Source: Candidatus Iainarchaeum sp. (GTDB lineage: Archaea; Iainarchaeota; Iainarchaeia; Iainarchaeales; JAZDDZ01). From it: 64,000 bases of DNA. Location: contig JAZDDZ010000047.1 in assembly GCA_043809245.1 (NCBI GenBank), positions 43,223 to 107,222 on the forward strand. The letters run 5' to 3'. This document shows positions 54,172 to 63,088 of the stretch, piece by piece; within the stretch, counting starts at the first letter, position 1, and every line of letters begins with the position of its first letter. A program made the position numbers and the translations under genes. The notes under the pieces are model-generated. The model did not search any database. It saw nothing but the letters and a program-made list of their open reading frames with translations, and was not told where the DNA came from.

Positions 54172-55503
54172 TCATTCACCTGCAACAGAGTCAAGGGGCG
54201 TCCTTTCGCTTATTTCCCCGCGAAGATTTAGCGCAATTAATTCTTTAACCTTTTCCTTCGGGTAATTGCCTAAAAGCCAGGCAAGCTTCACAAAGGCTGT
54301 TTCGGGCAGCATGTCTTCCCCTGGAACCACGCCCAGTTTCACCAAATCGGTTCCCTTGTCGTAAACATGCATTTGAACCCTGCCATAAAGGCATTGAGTT
54401 GCCATAACCACAACGCAGCCTGAATCAATCACTTTTTTGAGGGCGGGAAAAATTTTTTCATTCGGCTTGCTTAGTTCATCAGGAACATGCCCGGGAGTAT
54501 GCCCTAAACCAGTGCCCTCCAGCACCAATCCCTTAAAGCCGTTTTTTTCAAAGAATTCAAATTCCTCGGAGTGCATGTTAATGTGAATTTTGAGAACACC
54601 TGTTTTTTCCTCGAATTTTGGCTTCAATGAAAATTTCGCGCCTTTTTCCTTTTTGGCGTGATTTTTTTTCAGGAACTGTATTTCCTTTGTTTTGAAGTTA
54701 ACTCTTGCAATCGCTGAATCGTTTACGGGTTTGAATGCGTCCCTCCTGGAGGAATGCATTTTCCTTGCCTTTGTTGCTGGAAGGATTGCGCACCATTCAT
54801 CCGCGGTTCCCTCGTGCATGCAGATTGCCACTCCCGCGAAATCAGTTTTCGTTATGAATTGCGCTGCGCTTAAAAGGTTCATTGCAGCGTCACTGCTCCC
54901 GCGGTCCGAGCTCCTTTGCGCTCCCACAAAAATAACAGGCAAAGGGCATTTTTCAAGGACAAAAGACATTGCCGCAGATGCAACCGCTAAGTTGTCTGTG
55001 CCCATTCCAATGATTATTCCTTCAACGCCTTTTGCCGCCTCTTCTTCAATTGCTTTTGCTATTTTTTCAAAGTGCGGAAATCTGAGGTCATCTGACCACA
55101 TTTTTGCCACAAGCCTTGAATCAAAATTTGCTGTCTGCCCGAGCTCAGGGAACATGGAGAGAAGGTCTTTGGGTTCAAAGGAAGAGAAAACCGCGCCGGT
55201 CCTGTAATCAACCCTGCTTGCAATCGTGCCCCCCGTATGAAGGATTGAGATTGTCGGCAGCGAAGCGTTTTTTTTGAGTTCAATTGTTTTGGGCTTGCCC
55301 ATTATTTTTTCTTCACCCAATTTTTTAACGGAAATTATTTCATTGGAATTGATGCCAATGTTATAGCCTGTTTTAAGCTTTAAGACAAGTACGCCTTCTT
55401 CTTCCGAGGGAACAACATAGCCGGTAAACAACTCAGCGCCTTTTTTTGCCTCAACAAGGTCTCCGGCTGAGAGGCTGTGTTTTTCCAGAAAATTTTCCTT
55501 CAT
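54172..55503 (-). CDS. gatD: Glu-tRNA(Gln) amidotransferase subunit D
   Basis: KLKTGYNIG, TGGTIASRVDYRTGAV, GAQRSSDRGSSDA, KMHSSRRDAF. Confidence 0.95.
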   Translation of the reverse strand: MKENFLEKHSLSAGDLVEAKKGAELFTGYVVPSEEEGVLVLKLKTGYNIGINSNEIISVKKLGEEKIMGKPKTIELKKNASLPTISILHTGGTIASRVDYRTGAVFSSFEPKDLLSMFPELGQTANFDSRLVAKMWSDDLRFPHFEKIAKAIEEEAAKGVEGIIIGMGTDNLAVASAAMSFVLEKCPLPVIFVGAQRSSDRGSSDAAMNLLSAAQFITKTDFAGVAICMHEGTADEWCAILPATKARKMHSSRRDAFKPVNDSAIARVNFKTKEIQFLKKNHAKKEKGAKFSLKPKFEEKTGVLKIHINMHSEEFEFFEKNGFKGLVLEGTGLGHTPGHVPDELSKPNEKIFPALKKVIDSGCVVVMATQCLYGRVQMHVYDKGTDLVKLGVVPGEDMLPETAFVKLAWLLGNYPKEKVKELIALNLRGEISERTPLDSVAGE

Positions 55504-55516
55504 AAAATCAACGTTT

Positions 55517-56542
55517 TCATTTGCGTGTAACGCCCACTATTCCGTTTGTTTCCCCTGCAATGTTTTTATGCATGAGTTTTTCAACTTTTTTCATGTTTGA
55601 AGTCTGCCCTAACACCCACATCAGCTTGATTAGCGCGGTTTCAGATAGCATGCCATAGCCGTGGATAACGTTAAGGTTTTCAAGGCGCTTGCCTATTTCA
55701 GGGTAGTATATTTTCTGCCAGCCCCTGCCAAGCTCGCATTCGCTTGTTATCACAACAGGAATCCCTGCGCCTTCCGCGTTCCTGATTGCTTCATTTAGCC
55801 CGCGTTTTTTTGTGGGAACATTGCCCAGGCCATATCCCTCAAGCACAATTCCCTTGACGCCCTTTTCAACAAGCAATTCAATCATTTCAGGGTCAAAGCC
55901 GGGGTGGATTCTTAAAAGTGAAACACTTGGTTCAAGCGTATTGCATAGCCTGGGCTTTTTGTTGTTCCTTTTCCTTTGCTTTCCGTTAAGGTAAATGAAC
56001 TGCTGGACTGTGCCGAGCTTTTCACAGTCAAGGCTCCTGAAGCCATTGAACTGCGAGGCATTGACTTTCTTTGACCTTATTCCCCTTATTATTTTCCCGT
56101 TAAAAACAACAACTGTTTCCGCGAGGTCAGCGAAGGCCGCGACATTCAGCGAGTCAAGCAAATTTCTTTTCGCGTCAGAGCCAACATCATCGAAAATTGC
56201 CTGTGAGCCTGTTAAAACAATTGGCACATTCAGGTTTTGGATTAGGAAAGACAATGCAATTGCAGTGTAATGCATTGTGTCTGTCCCATGCGTTATCACC
56301 ACCCCGTCAACTTCCGGCAGCTTGTAGTAAACCATTTGCGCCAGCGTTAACCAGTTCTCGGGCTGGATATCGGCTGAATCAGTCCTGAAAAGGCTTGAAG
56401 CGGTTATCTGCATTTTATCGTTTACCTCAGGCACTATTTCAAGTATGTCTTTTGCCGTGAATTCGTCAAAAAGCCATACGCCCTTCACTTTTTTGGCTGC
56501 AATTGCGCCGCCAGTGCCTACAACAAAAATATTGGGCTTCAA
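55517..56542 (-). CDS. L-asparaginase type I-like protein
   Basis: GTGGAIA, HGTDT, LTGSQ, LEGYGLGN, ETALIKLMWVL. Confidence 0.85.
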   Translation of the reverse strand: MKPNIFVVGTGGAIAAKKVKGVWLFDEFTAKDILEIVPEVNDKMQITASSLFRTDSADIQPENWLTLAQMVYYKLPEVDGVVITHGTDTMHYTAIALSFLIQNLNVPIVLTGSQAIFDDVGSDAKRNLLDSLNVAAFADLAETVVVFNGKIIRGIRSKKVNASQFNGFRSLDCEKLGTVQQFIYLNGKQRKRNNKKPRLCNTLEPSVSLLRIHPGFDPEMIELLVEKGVKGIVLEGYGLGNVPTKKRGLNEAIRNAEGAGIPVVITSECELGRGWQKIYYPEIGKRLENLNVIHGYGMLSETALIKLMWVLGQTSNMKKVEKLMHKNIAGETNGIVGVTRK

Positions 56543-56606
56543 GCAAAAAACACCATAAGCTTAATGGAAACAAACTCTTAAATGTTTAATTAGGCTGGAC
56601 TATTTA

Positions 56607-57293
56607 ATGAAGCTTTGCGCGCTTTTTTCCGGCGGAAAAGACAGCGCTTTCGCGGTTTTTCAGGCAAAAAAAGAAGGGCACTCCATTGAATGCCTTTTAA
56701 CCATCCACTCCAGTTTCACGGAGTCCTACATGTACCACAGGCCAAACATACACTTGACTGAGCTTGCCGCCGAAGCAATGGGTTTGCCGCTGGTCACGGT
56801 TAAAACTTCAAAGGGAAAGGAAGATGAATTAAAGCCATTGAAAGAAGCGCTGGAAAAATTAAGGGATGAAAAGGGAATTGAAGGCGTTTTAACCGGCGCG
56901 CTTGCATCTGTTTACCAGGCGAGCCGCATTGAAAAAATCTGCAAGGAACTCGGGCTTGCAAGCGTTAACCCATTGTGGAAAAAAAACCAGAAAGAATACC
57001 TGCAGGAATTGATTGAAAGCCAATTCAAAGTAATGGTTGTCGGCGTGTATGCCGCGGGATTGGATGAAAAATGGCTTGGCAGACTACTTGACAAAAAAGC
57101 CCTCGTGGAACTTTCCGCGCTTGAAAAAAAATTCAAAATCTCTGTGGGCGGCGAGGGAGGAGAACTAGAAACGCTTGTGCTGGACTGCCCGCTGTTCAGT
57201 AAAAAAATTGAAATCCTTGAATCTGAAAAAAAATGGGACGGCACGCGAGGAGAACTTGTTGTGAAGAAGGCGGCGCTGAGGGAAAAGAATTGA
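56607..57293 (+). CDS. dph6: Diphthine--ammonia ligase
   Basis: LFSGGKDS, SYMYH, GALASVYQ, PLW, GEGGELETLV. Confidence 0.9.
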   Translation: MKLCALFSGGKDSAFAVFQAKKEGHSIECLLTIHSSFTESYMYHRPNIHLTELAAEAMGLPLVTVKTSKGKEDELKPLKEALEKLRDEKGIEGVLTGALASVYQASRIEKICKELGLASVNPLWKKNQKEYLQELIESQFKVMVVGVYAAGLDEKWLGRLLDKKALVELSALEKKFKISVGGEGGELETLVLDCPLFSKKIEILESEKKWDGTRGELVVKKAALREKN

Positions 57294-57294
57294 G

Positions 57295-59139
57295 TTATCC
57301 TATTGTTCCGCCGACTGCCGCGCATGCCGGCTGGTAATTTTCAGTAAGTATTTTTTCAGCATACTTTGCGCCGTAACCATAACCCGAGACTTGTTGCCCA
57401 TATGCAATTCCTGGCTTGCCGCAGCAGGCATAAACATCAAAATTTGAGTGGGTACAGGTAGAGCCAGGTGCGTTTTGAATGTAGAAATATTCGCATGCCG
57501 AGTACATTGCATCAAACAAGCTTTGACCTTGACTTCGATATTCAATTGCAAGATTTGCCGCTGCCTTGCCCCGGTTATAGGAAAACAAGATTAATTGAAT
57601 TGCCTCGCTTCCGCTGATCCCTTTGCCCACGATGTTTTCGTAATTGCTTGCCAGTTCCTTTGTGCCCAAATCAATATTTTTCTCCAAGCTGCACGGGTAA
57701 TTTGCGCCTCCTGAGTCACAGCTTACCACCTGCATCAAGCCCTGATTGTTTATATTGGGATTACAACTGCTTTCCTGTTTTATAATTGATTCAACCAAAA
57801 GAATGTCAATTCCCCTGCTAGTCAAGCCGCTCTGCGTAGAATATTGCTTTAACAAATCAAGGTAAGGATTACACGCGCTTATAGGGTTGTTTGCCGTTGT
57901 TATTTCAACTGAGAATTGGCAGAATCCCGCCTGCGACTGCTGTTGTTCGCATGTTCCCTGCGAATTGGGGTCGCCTTTGACTTCGAATAAGCCTATGCCA
58001 ACCGCTTCCACTGTTTTTCCAAGCGATTCGGCTTTCTGCCTGCATTCGCCAGCCGAAACACAGTTCGAACACGAAATTGCCTGAACGCATTTGTTTAACG
58101 TTGCATTAAGCGCTGTAATGCCTGATGATACTGCTGTGCATTGCGGCTGCATTTGCACACAGGTTCCGTTTGCAAAAGGGGGAAATATTTTTTCCGCGAA
58201 ATCGGGATCGGAGAAATCCAGTTTTGCATTGGGTTCGCTTAAGTCAACGCCTTTACCTTGCCACAACTCGCGGCATTCAAACGCGTAATTGCATCCCGTG
58301 CAGTAGAATTTTTGCTCGCATTGCACGCCATCAATGCTCAGTGATGGAGCGGTTTCGCTTGTTGTTGCGGTACAGCCAGGCGTTATTCCTGGCGCGGTTA
58401 CTTCGAATTCAACAACAGCGGTGTCATAGCCTGCTTCGTCTGCTGAAACCCTTAAATCCAATTCATACAGCCCGCTTTCGGTTAATGAAAGCTCTAAGGG
58501 AAATTCCTGGCTTTGGCTTTCTTCAAGCGAGAATTGCTGTGAAACTTCTTTTGCAAGTGTTTTCTGCCATTGGCCGTTAACAAGCCTTTTTTTGTATGCT
58601 TTTGCTTCAAGCAATGCGTTGAATGCCTTTAAGCTGCCTGTGTTTTCAACTGAAACGCTTCCTGAAACTTTTTCCGAGCTTAAATCGAATTTTTGCTTGA
58701 AGTCAATTTCCTTTAATTCAAGCTGTGCAGGAGTTTTGCCGAAGTAAATCCTGCACGCGTACAGCTCTTTTTCGTAAAGGCACCTGAAAGTCGTCATCAG
58801 CGACTGGTTTTCGTTTGAGGCAAAATACCTTGGGTCAACGGAAAGCGAGCCGTCAACACAGTAATCAGCGGCAAGGCATTGGAATGTAACGCTCCTGATC
58901 TGCGTGTCAAGCGCGCCCTCTGCATCCAATGCAAAGTCTTTGTTGTAAAAGATTTCCTTTGAATACGATTTTCCGTCAATTCCCTCGGAAAAATTAACCG
59001 CTTTAGAGATTTCATCAAAAGTTGTTTGCGGGGGCCATAAAGCCGGAACAATGTAGGCAAAAAAAATCCAAACCATCATTAAGGCAACAATCGCGTAAAT
59101 CAAAAGCCTGAAAACGCTGAATTCGCCTGAGGAATTCAT
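57295..59139 (-). CDS. Surface protein: pilin-like N-terminus, Ig domain, Cys-rich linkers, C-terminal SLT/lysozyme-like domain
   Basis: LVESIIKQESS, GLMQV, NIDLGTKEL, FSYNRG, YAEKI. Confidence 0.75.
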   Translation of the reverse strand: MNSSGEFSVFRLLIYAIVALMMVWIFFAYIVPALWPPQTTFDEISKAVNFSEGIDGKSYSKEIFYNKDFALDAEGALDTQIRSVTFQCLAADYCVDGSLSVDPRYFASNENQSLMTTFRCLYEKELYACRIYFGKTPAQLELKEIDFKQKFDLSSEKVSGSVSVENTGSLKAFNALLEAKAYKKRLVNGQWQKTLAKEVSQQFSLEESQSQEFPLELSLTESGLYELDLRVSADEAGYDTAVVEFEVTAPGITPGCTATTSETAPSLSIDGVQCEQKFYCTGCNYAFECRELWQGKGVDLSEPNAKLDFSDPDFAEKIFPPFANGTCVQMQPQCTAVSSGITALNATLNKCVQAISCSNCVSAGECRQKAESLGKTVEAVGIGLFEVKGDPNSQGTCEQQQSQAGFCQFSVEITTANNPISACNPYLDLLKQYSTQSGLTSRGIDILLVESIIKQESSCNPNINNQGLMQVVSCDSGGANYPCSLEKNIDLGTKELASNYENIVGKGISGSEAIQLILFSYNRGKAAANLAIEYRSQGQSLFDAMYSACEYFYIQNAPGSTCTHSNFDVYACCGKPGIAYGQQVSGYGYGAKYAEKILTENYQPACAAVGGTIG

Positions 59140-59387
59140 TTCTTAACCCTTCTTTTCTTGTGCGGAAAGGCGGCTCTTACCTCCCACAGCACCATTTTCT
59201 TCAAAAAAAAACCGGCAATTAAAACCGCGGCAGTAAGGCCAAGGAAAGCCACATAGTCCCCTGTGAACAAAAACCAGTGCTTGAAGGGATCAGCCCAGTT
59301 GTTCATCAACTGAATAAAACCAACCACAATTACAAGGGCAAGCATAACCAATCCAAGCCCTTCAATCAATCCAATAATCTGCCGCAT
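59136..59387 (-). CDS. Small 2-TM membrane protein
   Basis: Two hydrophobic helices and a basic tail; ATGA overlap with the downstream gene. Confidence 0.6.
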   Translation of the reverse strand: MRQIIGLIEGLGLVMLALVIVVGFIQLMNNWADPFKHWFLFTGDYVAFLGLTAAVLIAGFFLKKMVLWEVRAAFPHKKRRVKK

Positions 59388-59451
59388 AAAGCCCAGTAAA
59401 TTAAAGGGAAAAGAAATATTTAAAGGTGCGCCCAAAGTAAAAGCTTTACGA

Positions 59452-59892
59452 TTACTTTAATTCGTTCCGCCTGAATGCCGCTTCAAAATCAGCGGCTGCA
59501 GCAGGGTTAATCAATTTGAAAGTATTAACCATTCTTCCAATCTCGCCAACAGACATCAAAGAGCCATCCTTAGCCAGAGGCAATTTTCCTGTTTTAATAC
59601 ACTCTTGGACAAATTTATTTACATAAGCAACAAATTCCTCAGGGGGCTTCTCGCCAGTTCGGTATCTTCCTAAAGAGCCCTTATCTGCTTTTGAGATTTC
59701 CCTCAACTTTTCAACAAACTGAACATAGCCAAGTTTTTGCATAGCACTCTTTTGATCAACCGGCCCAGAATAGGTGTGGTCTGCAAACTTTTCGCTTTTC
59801 CCTTTCCCGCCAATCGGGCCGACAGCGCCCCTCTTGCTGCCTAAATACGATAAAATTCGACGACCAGCACGTCTTAGGAGCCCCGGCCGCAT
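59452..59892 (-). CDS. Hypothetical protein with Arg-rich N-terminus
   Basis: MRPGLLRRAGRRILSYLGSKRGAVG...; abuts the ligase stop codon. Confidence 0.6.
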   Translation of the reverse strand: MRPGLLRRAGRRILSYLGSKRGAVGPIGGKGKSEKFADHTYSGPVDQKSAMQKLGYVQFVEKLREISKADKGSLGRYRTGEKPPEEFVAYVNKFVQECIKTGKLPLAKDGSLMSVGEIGRMVNTFKLINPAAAADFEAAFRRNELK

Positions 59893-62775
59893 TTATTTCC
59901 CCTCACTTAATTGTAGGTGTTTCTGGTTCTTATACATTTGCCTTATTTCTTTCACGGTTGTGGCTTCTTCGGCTTTTTTGTCGGAGCGCAGCTTAATGAA
60001 GCGGGGAAACCTTAACGCAAAGCCGTCCTCGCCTTTTCCCTTGCCCGCAGTGTGGATTGGGCTGCGCGTGATTTCATCCGCGCGGATTTCTGCAACGAAT
60101 TCAGGTTCAACCCAGACATCTGGCTTTAACTCGGAGTCAACGCGCGCAGGCTTTTCCTTTACTTTGATTTTCTGCAGTTGTTTTTCAAGCGCAGCCATTC
60201 CCTCTTCTTTTAAGCCCGAACCGACTTTTGCAATTGTCTTAAATGAATCGCTTTCCTTGTCGTAAACCCCTGAAAGCAATGCACCCAAGCCAAAGTGAAC
60301 GCGCTGGCCTTTACCCTTAAAGAAGCCGAGAATCACCGCGTCAACCGAGTCGCTTAACTCGCCTTTATACGAGCGCTTTAATTTAATCCATGAAAATTTT
60401 CTCGCGCCGGCAATGTAAGGCGCATTCAAGTCCTTTGCAATTATTCCCTCCAATCCGCGTTCAATGCATTCATTGAAAAAAGAGTCAATTTTTTCCGCAT
60501 CCTTTGTCACAATCGTTTCAGTCATCTTGATTGTTTCGCCTTTGCCGATTATTTTTGCAAGCGCATCCCTTCTTTTCCTGAACGGCTCTTTCATATAGTT
60601 TTTTCCATCAGCGTACATCAAGTCAAATGCAAAGAGCTTGAGGGGAAAATCTTTTGCCATCTGCTTCACGTCATATTTTCTCTTCCTTTGAATGGTAACC
60701 TGAAATGGCAGGAATTCTCCTGTCTCCTCGTTGACAGCCAAAGCTTCGCCTTCAAAAATCGCATTATTCGCCTTAACTTGTTTTTTCACTGCTGAAACTA
60801 TTTCGGGAAACATTTCAGTCATTGGTTCCGAGTGACGGGAAAAAATTGTTACATTACCTGCATTTTTATGAATTTGACAATTATGCATTGCAAGCATTGT
60901 CGCACAATAACTTTCATGCCCTTCAACCTGCAGATTATACAGGCGTGTCCTCGGATCAGGATATTTGAACTCCTCCAATCTCAAGATTTTTACAAGAACG
61001 TTTCCATCAACAATTTTAGCCTTTATTTCAGATTTTGGAATCACGAGTTTATAATAAGTCCAATCATATTTTTTCAGTTTCACTTTAACTTTTTTTACTC
61101 CAATAAGTTTTTTGAATTTTAACCCCAAGAGCTGGGCGAACATTGCCAGATCCTTTTCTTTAGTGGTAATGGCAATTCGGCCCTGCTTGTCTATGGTTCC
61201 ATCAGATTCAATCCAGCCTCTTAAAAACTCTGAAAATTCCCGTTTGGAAATGTTGAAGAACCAATTAGGCAACATTTTGCCTTTCCATTCTCTTCTAAAG
61301 TTTTGAGTAAGCCATTTTTTAAACGGGGAATCCCTCCAATACAGGTATATCGCCCCGTTGTGAGTGTTCTTTGATATTTTTTTTAAGCCGAACAACTCCT
61401 TTACCAGTGATTCATAATAGGAACAAAGCCGTTTTTCTGTTTTTTCGTTAAAAATAAGGCCGATTCTCTCAGTGTTATGAAAACTATTGGTGAATCCATC
61501 TCCAATCCAATAACCAATAAACCTGAAAAAGGAATTGTCAAGAACAATCCTTTTTTTATAGCAATCAATAGTTTCCAACTCAAGTGCCATCAGCCGTTTT
61601 TCTTTATAAGTCATTTTTGGCAATGGGAAAACCAGATAATCTGTCTTTTGTAATTTTTCCACATTTACCCACGCCAATTTTTTATTCCTATTTACAAGCA
61701 CAGGGTGTTTTTCTGTTATTTTAAATTTGTCGCCAAAATAAGTTTGAATCCTAAATAATCTCTCCCCCTTATCAATCGTTCTTTTATTTTTTGCAATCAC
61801 TTTCTTGAATTCACCCTTATGCGTTAGCACCCTATCCCCAATTCTTACATTGCTAATCTGAGTAAACCCTTTTCTTTCAACATAAATTGAAGCAGCGCCA
61901 CTAATGCACCTAAATCCATCATATTTACTTTCTACGGCGCATTCCCCCAACTTTTCCACTATTTCTTGAACGCTTGGAAGCCTTTCCGCAAGCGTTGGCC
62001 GAATGGGAATGCCTGGCTCAATTCCAATGCTTTCAATTCCCTTCAAGCCCTTTTCTTTAAGCACAGAGGCAATTGCACCCAAATCAGAGTGAATGTTGTA
62101 TTTCTCTTCAATCATTTCCCTTAGCCTTATCCGCAGCCTTCGCTCAAGCTCTTCTTTTCTTTTCTCGGGCTTTTTTTCCTTCAAATTTTTTTCAATGCGC
62201 TCAACTTCCTTTTTCTCGGTTTTCCTGAATTCATTAATGTAATTCACTGCAAGCGCGTCCATTATTGTTGGGTCGCCTATGCCCAAGCGCAAATTCTCCA
62301 ACGGAATCCTTACAATGAATTTTGCCTCAACTGGGGAAGCGCTGTTCAAGAGCTCAGCCAAAAGCCGTATTTTGGATTCCTGGCTTCCTGTGCCGGAAGA
62401 AGACGCAATCTTCATGAGGTTTCCATGCACTTTTTTCACGGAAAGCCTCTCAGAGTAAAGCGCAAGCTGCTTTTTCTTGCCTAAAACCTCTGCAGCCACT
62501 AAACCCAAATCGCCTTTTTCCTTGAACAGCTTGTCTATTTCCACGCGCGAAAAGCCGCTTACCTTTGAAATGGCTTCCGCTACAAACTTTTCACCCATGC
62601 CGACATTCACCTGCATAAAAGCCGGCGCAAGAGTGCCCTGGCAAAGGTAAACAATGTCAGCGATTTCATCAGCAGGGGGAATTCCAAGCAACTGTGAAAG
62701 AAGCGCAGTCATTTCCAAACGCGAGGGAACAGCCTCGATTTTTTCAAATGCCTCGGCAACTATTTTGAATTCCAT
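59893..62775 (-). CDS. lig: ATP-dependent DNA ligase with intein
   Basis: KYDGFR|intein|CQIH, EGE, FDLMY, EGIIAK, WIKLKR, LRFPRF..R.DK. Confidence 0.95.
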   Translation of the reverse strand: MEFKIVAEAFEKIEAVPSRLEMTALLSQLLGIPPADEIADIVYLCQGTLAPAFMQVNVGMGEKFVAEAISKVSGFSRVEIDKLFKEKGDLGLVAAEVLGKKKQLALYSERLSVKKVHGNLMKIASSSGTGSQESKIRLLAELLNSASPVEAKFIVRIPLENLRLGIGDPTIMDALAVNYINEFRKTEKKEVERIEKNLKEKKPEKRKEELERRLRIRLREMIEEKYNIHSDLGAIASVLKEKGLKGIESIGIEPGIPIRPTLAERLPSVQEIVEKLGECAVESKYDGFRCISGAASIYVERKGFTQISNVRIGDRVLTHKGEFKKVIAKNKRTIDKGERLFRIQTYFGDKFKITEKHPVLVNRNKKLAWVNVEKLQKTDYLVFPLPKMTYKEKRLMALELETIDCYKKRIVLDNSFFRFIGYWIGDGFTNSFHNTERIGLIFNEKTEKRLCSYYESLVKELFGLKKISKNTHNGAIYLYWRDSPFKKWLTQNFRREWKGKMLPNWFFNISKREFSEFLRGWIESDGTIDKQGRIAITTKEKDLAMFAQLLGLKFKKLIGVKKVKVKLKKYDWTYYKLVIPKSEIKAKIVDGNVLVKILRLEEFKYPDPRTRLYNLQVEGHESYCATMLAMHNCQIHKNAGNVTIFSRHSEPMTEMFPEIVSAVKKQVKANNAIFEGEALAVNEETGEFLPFQVTIQRKRKYDVKQMAKDFPLKLFAFDLMYADGKNYMKEPFRKRRDALAKIIGKGETIKMTETIVTKDAEKIDSFFNECIERGLEGIIAKDLNAPYIAGARKFSWIKLKRSYKGELSDSVDAVILGFFKGKGQRVHFGLGALLSGVYDKESDSFKTIAKVGSGLKEEGMAALEKQLQKIKVKEKPARVDSELKPDVWVEPEFVAEIRADEITRSPIHTAGKGKGEDGFALRFPRFIKLRSDKKAEEATTVKEIRQMYKNQKHLQLSEGK
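60880..61908 (-). mobile_element. 343-aa intein with LAGLIDADG endonuclease
   Basis: Starts CISG; TEKHP block B; FIGYWIGDG and FLRGWIESDG; YNLQV..SY; ends HN|C. Confidence 0.93.
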
Positions 62776-62950
62776 GCACAAGAATTAATGCTGATTGGGA
62801 ATAAAAAAGTAATTGAACGCGATTTTCATCAATTAACGAAAAACCGCGGAAGAGTAACAGTTTAAAATTATCCTGTTTTTGATAGTTTTTTTGTGTTGTT
62901 TTGGCGTATAGGTAGGTTTAAACGCATATTGTAGCTACAAAGTAGCTACT

Positions 62951-63088
62951 ATGAAGAAGGCTATTTCTTTGCGCATGGAGGGTTTTGAGGTCATCGAGAA
63001 AGTTGCCGAGTCCAGCGGCAACAGCGGCAGGATTTACGTCCCAAAAAAGTGGGTTGGAAAAAAAGTGCGGGCTGTGCTGATAGAATGA
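62951..63088 (+). CDS. DUF2080-like (AbrB-fold) transposase-associated protein
   Basis: Manual translation: MKKAISLRMEGFEVIEKVAESSGNSGRIYVPKKWVGKKVRAVLIE. GTAGCTAC palindromes at 62931 and 62942. Confidence 0.8.
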   Translation: MKKAISLRMEGFEVIEKVAESSGNSGRIYVPKKWVGKKVRAVLIE

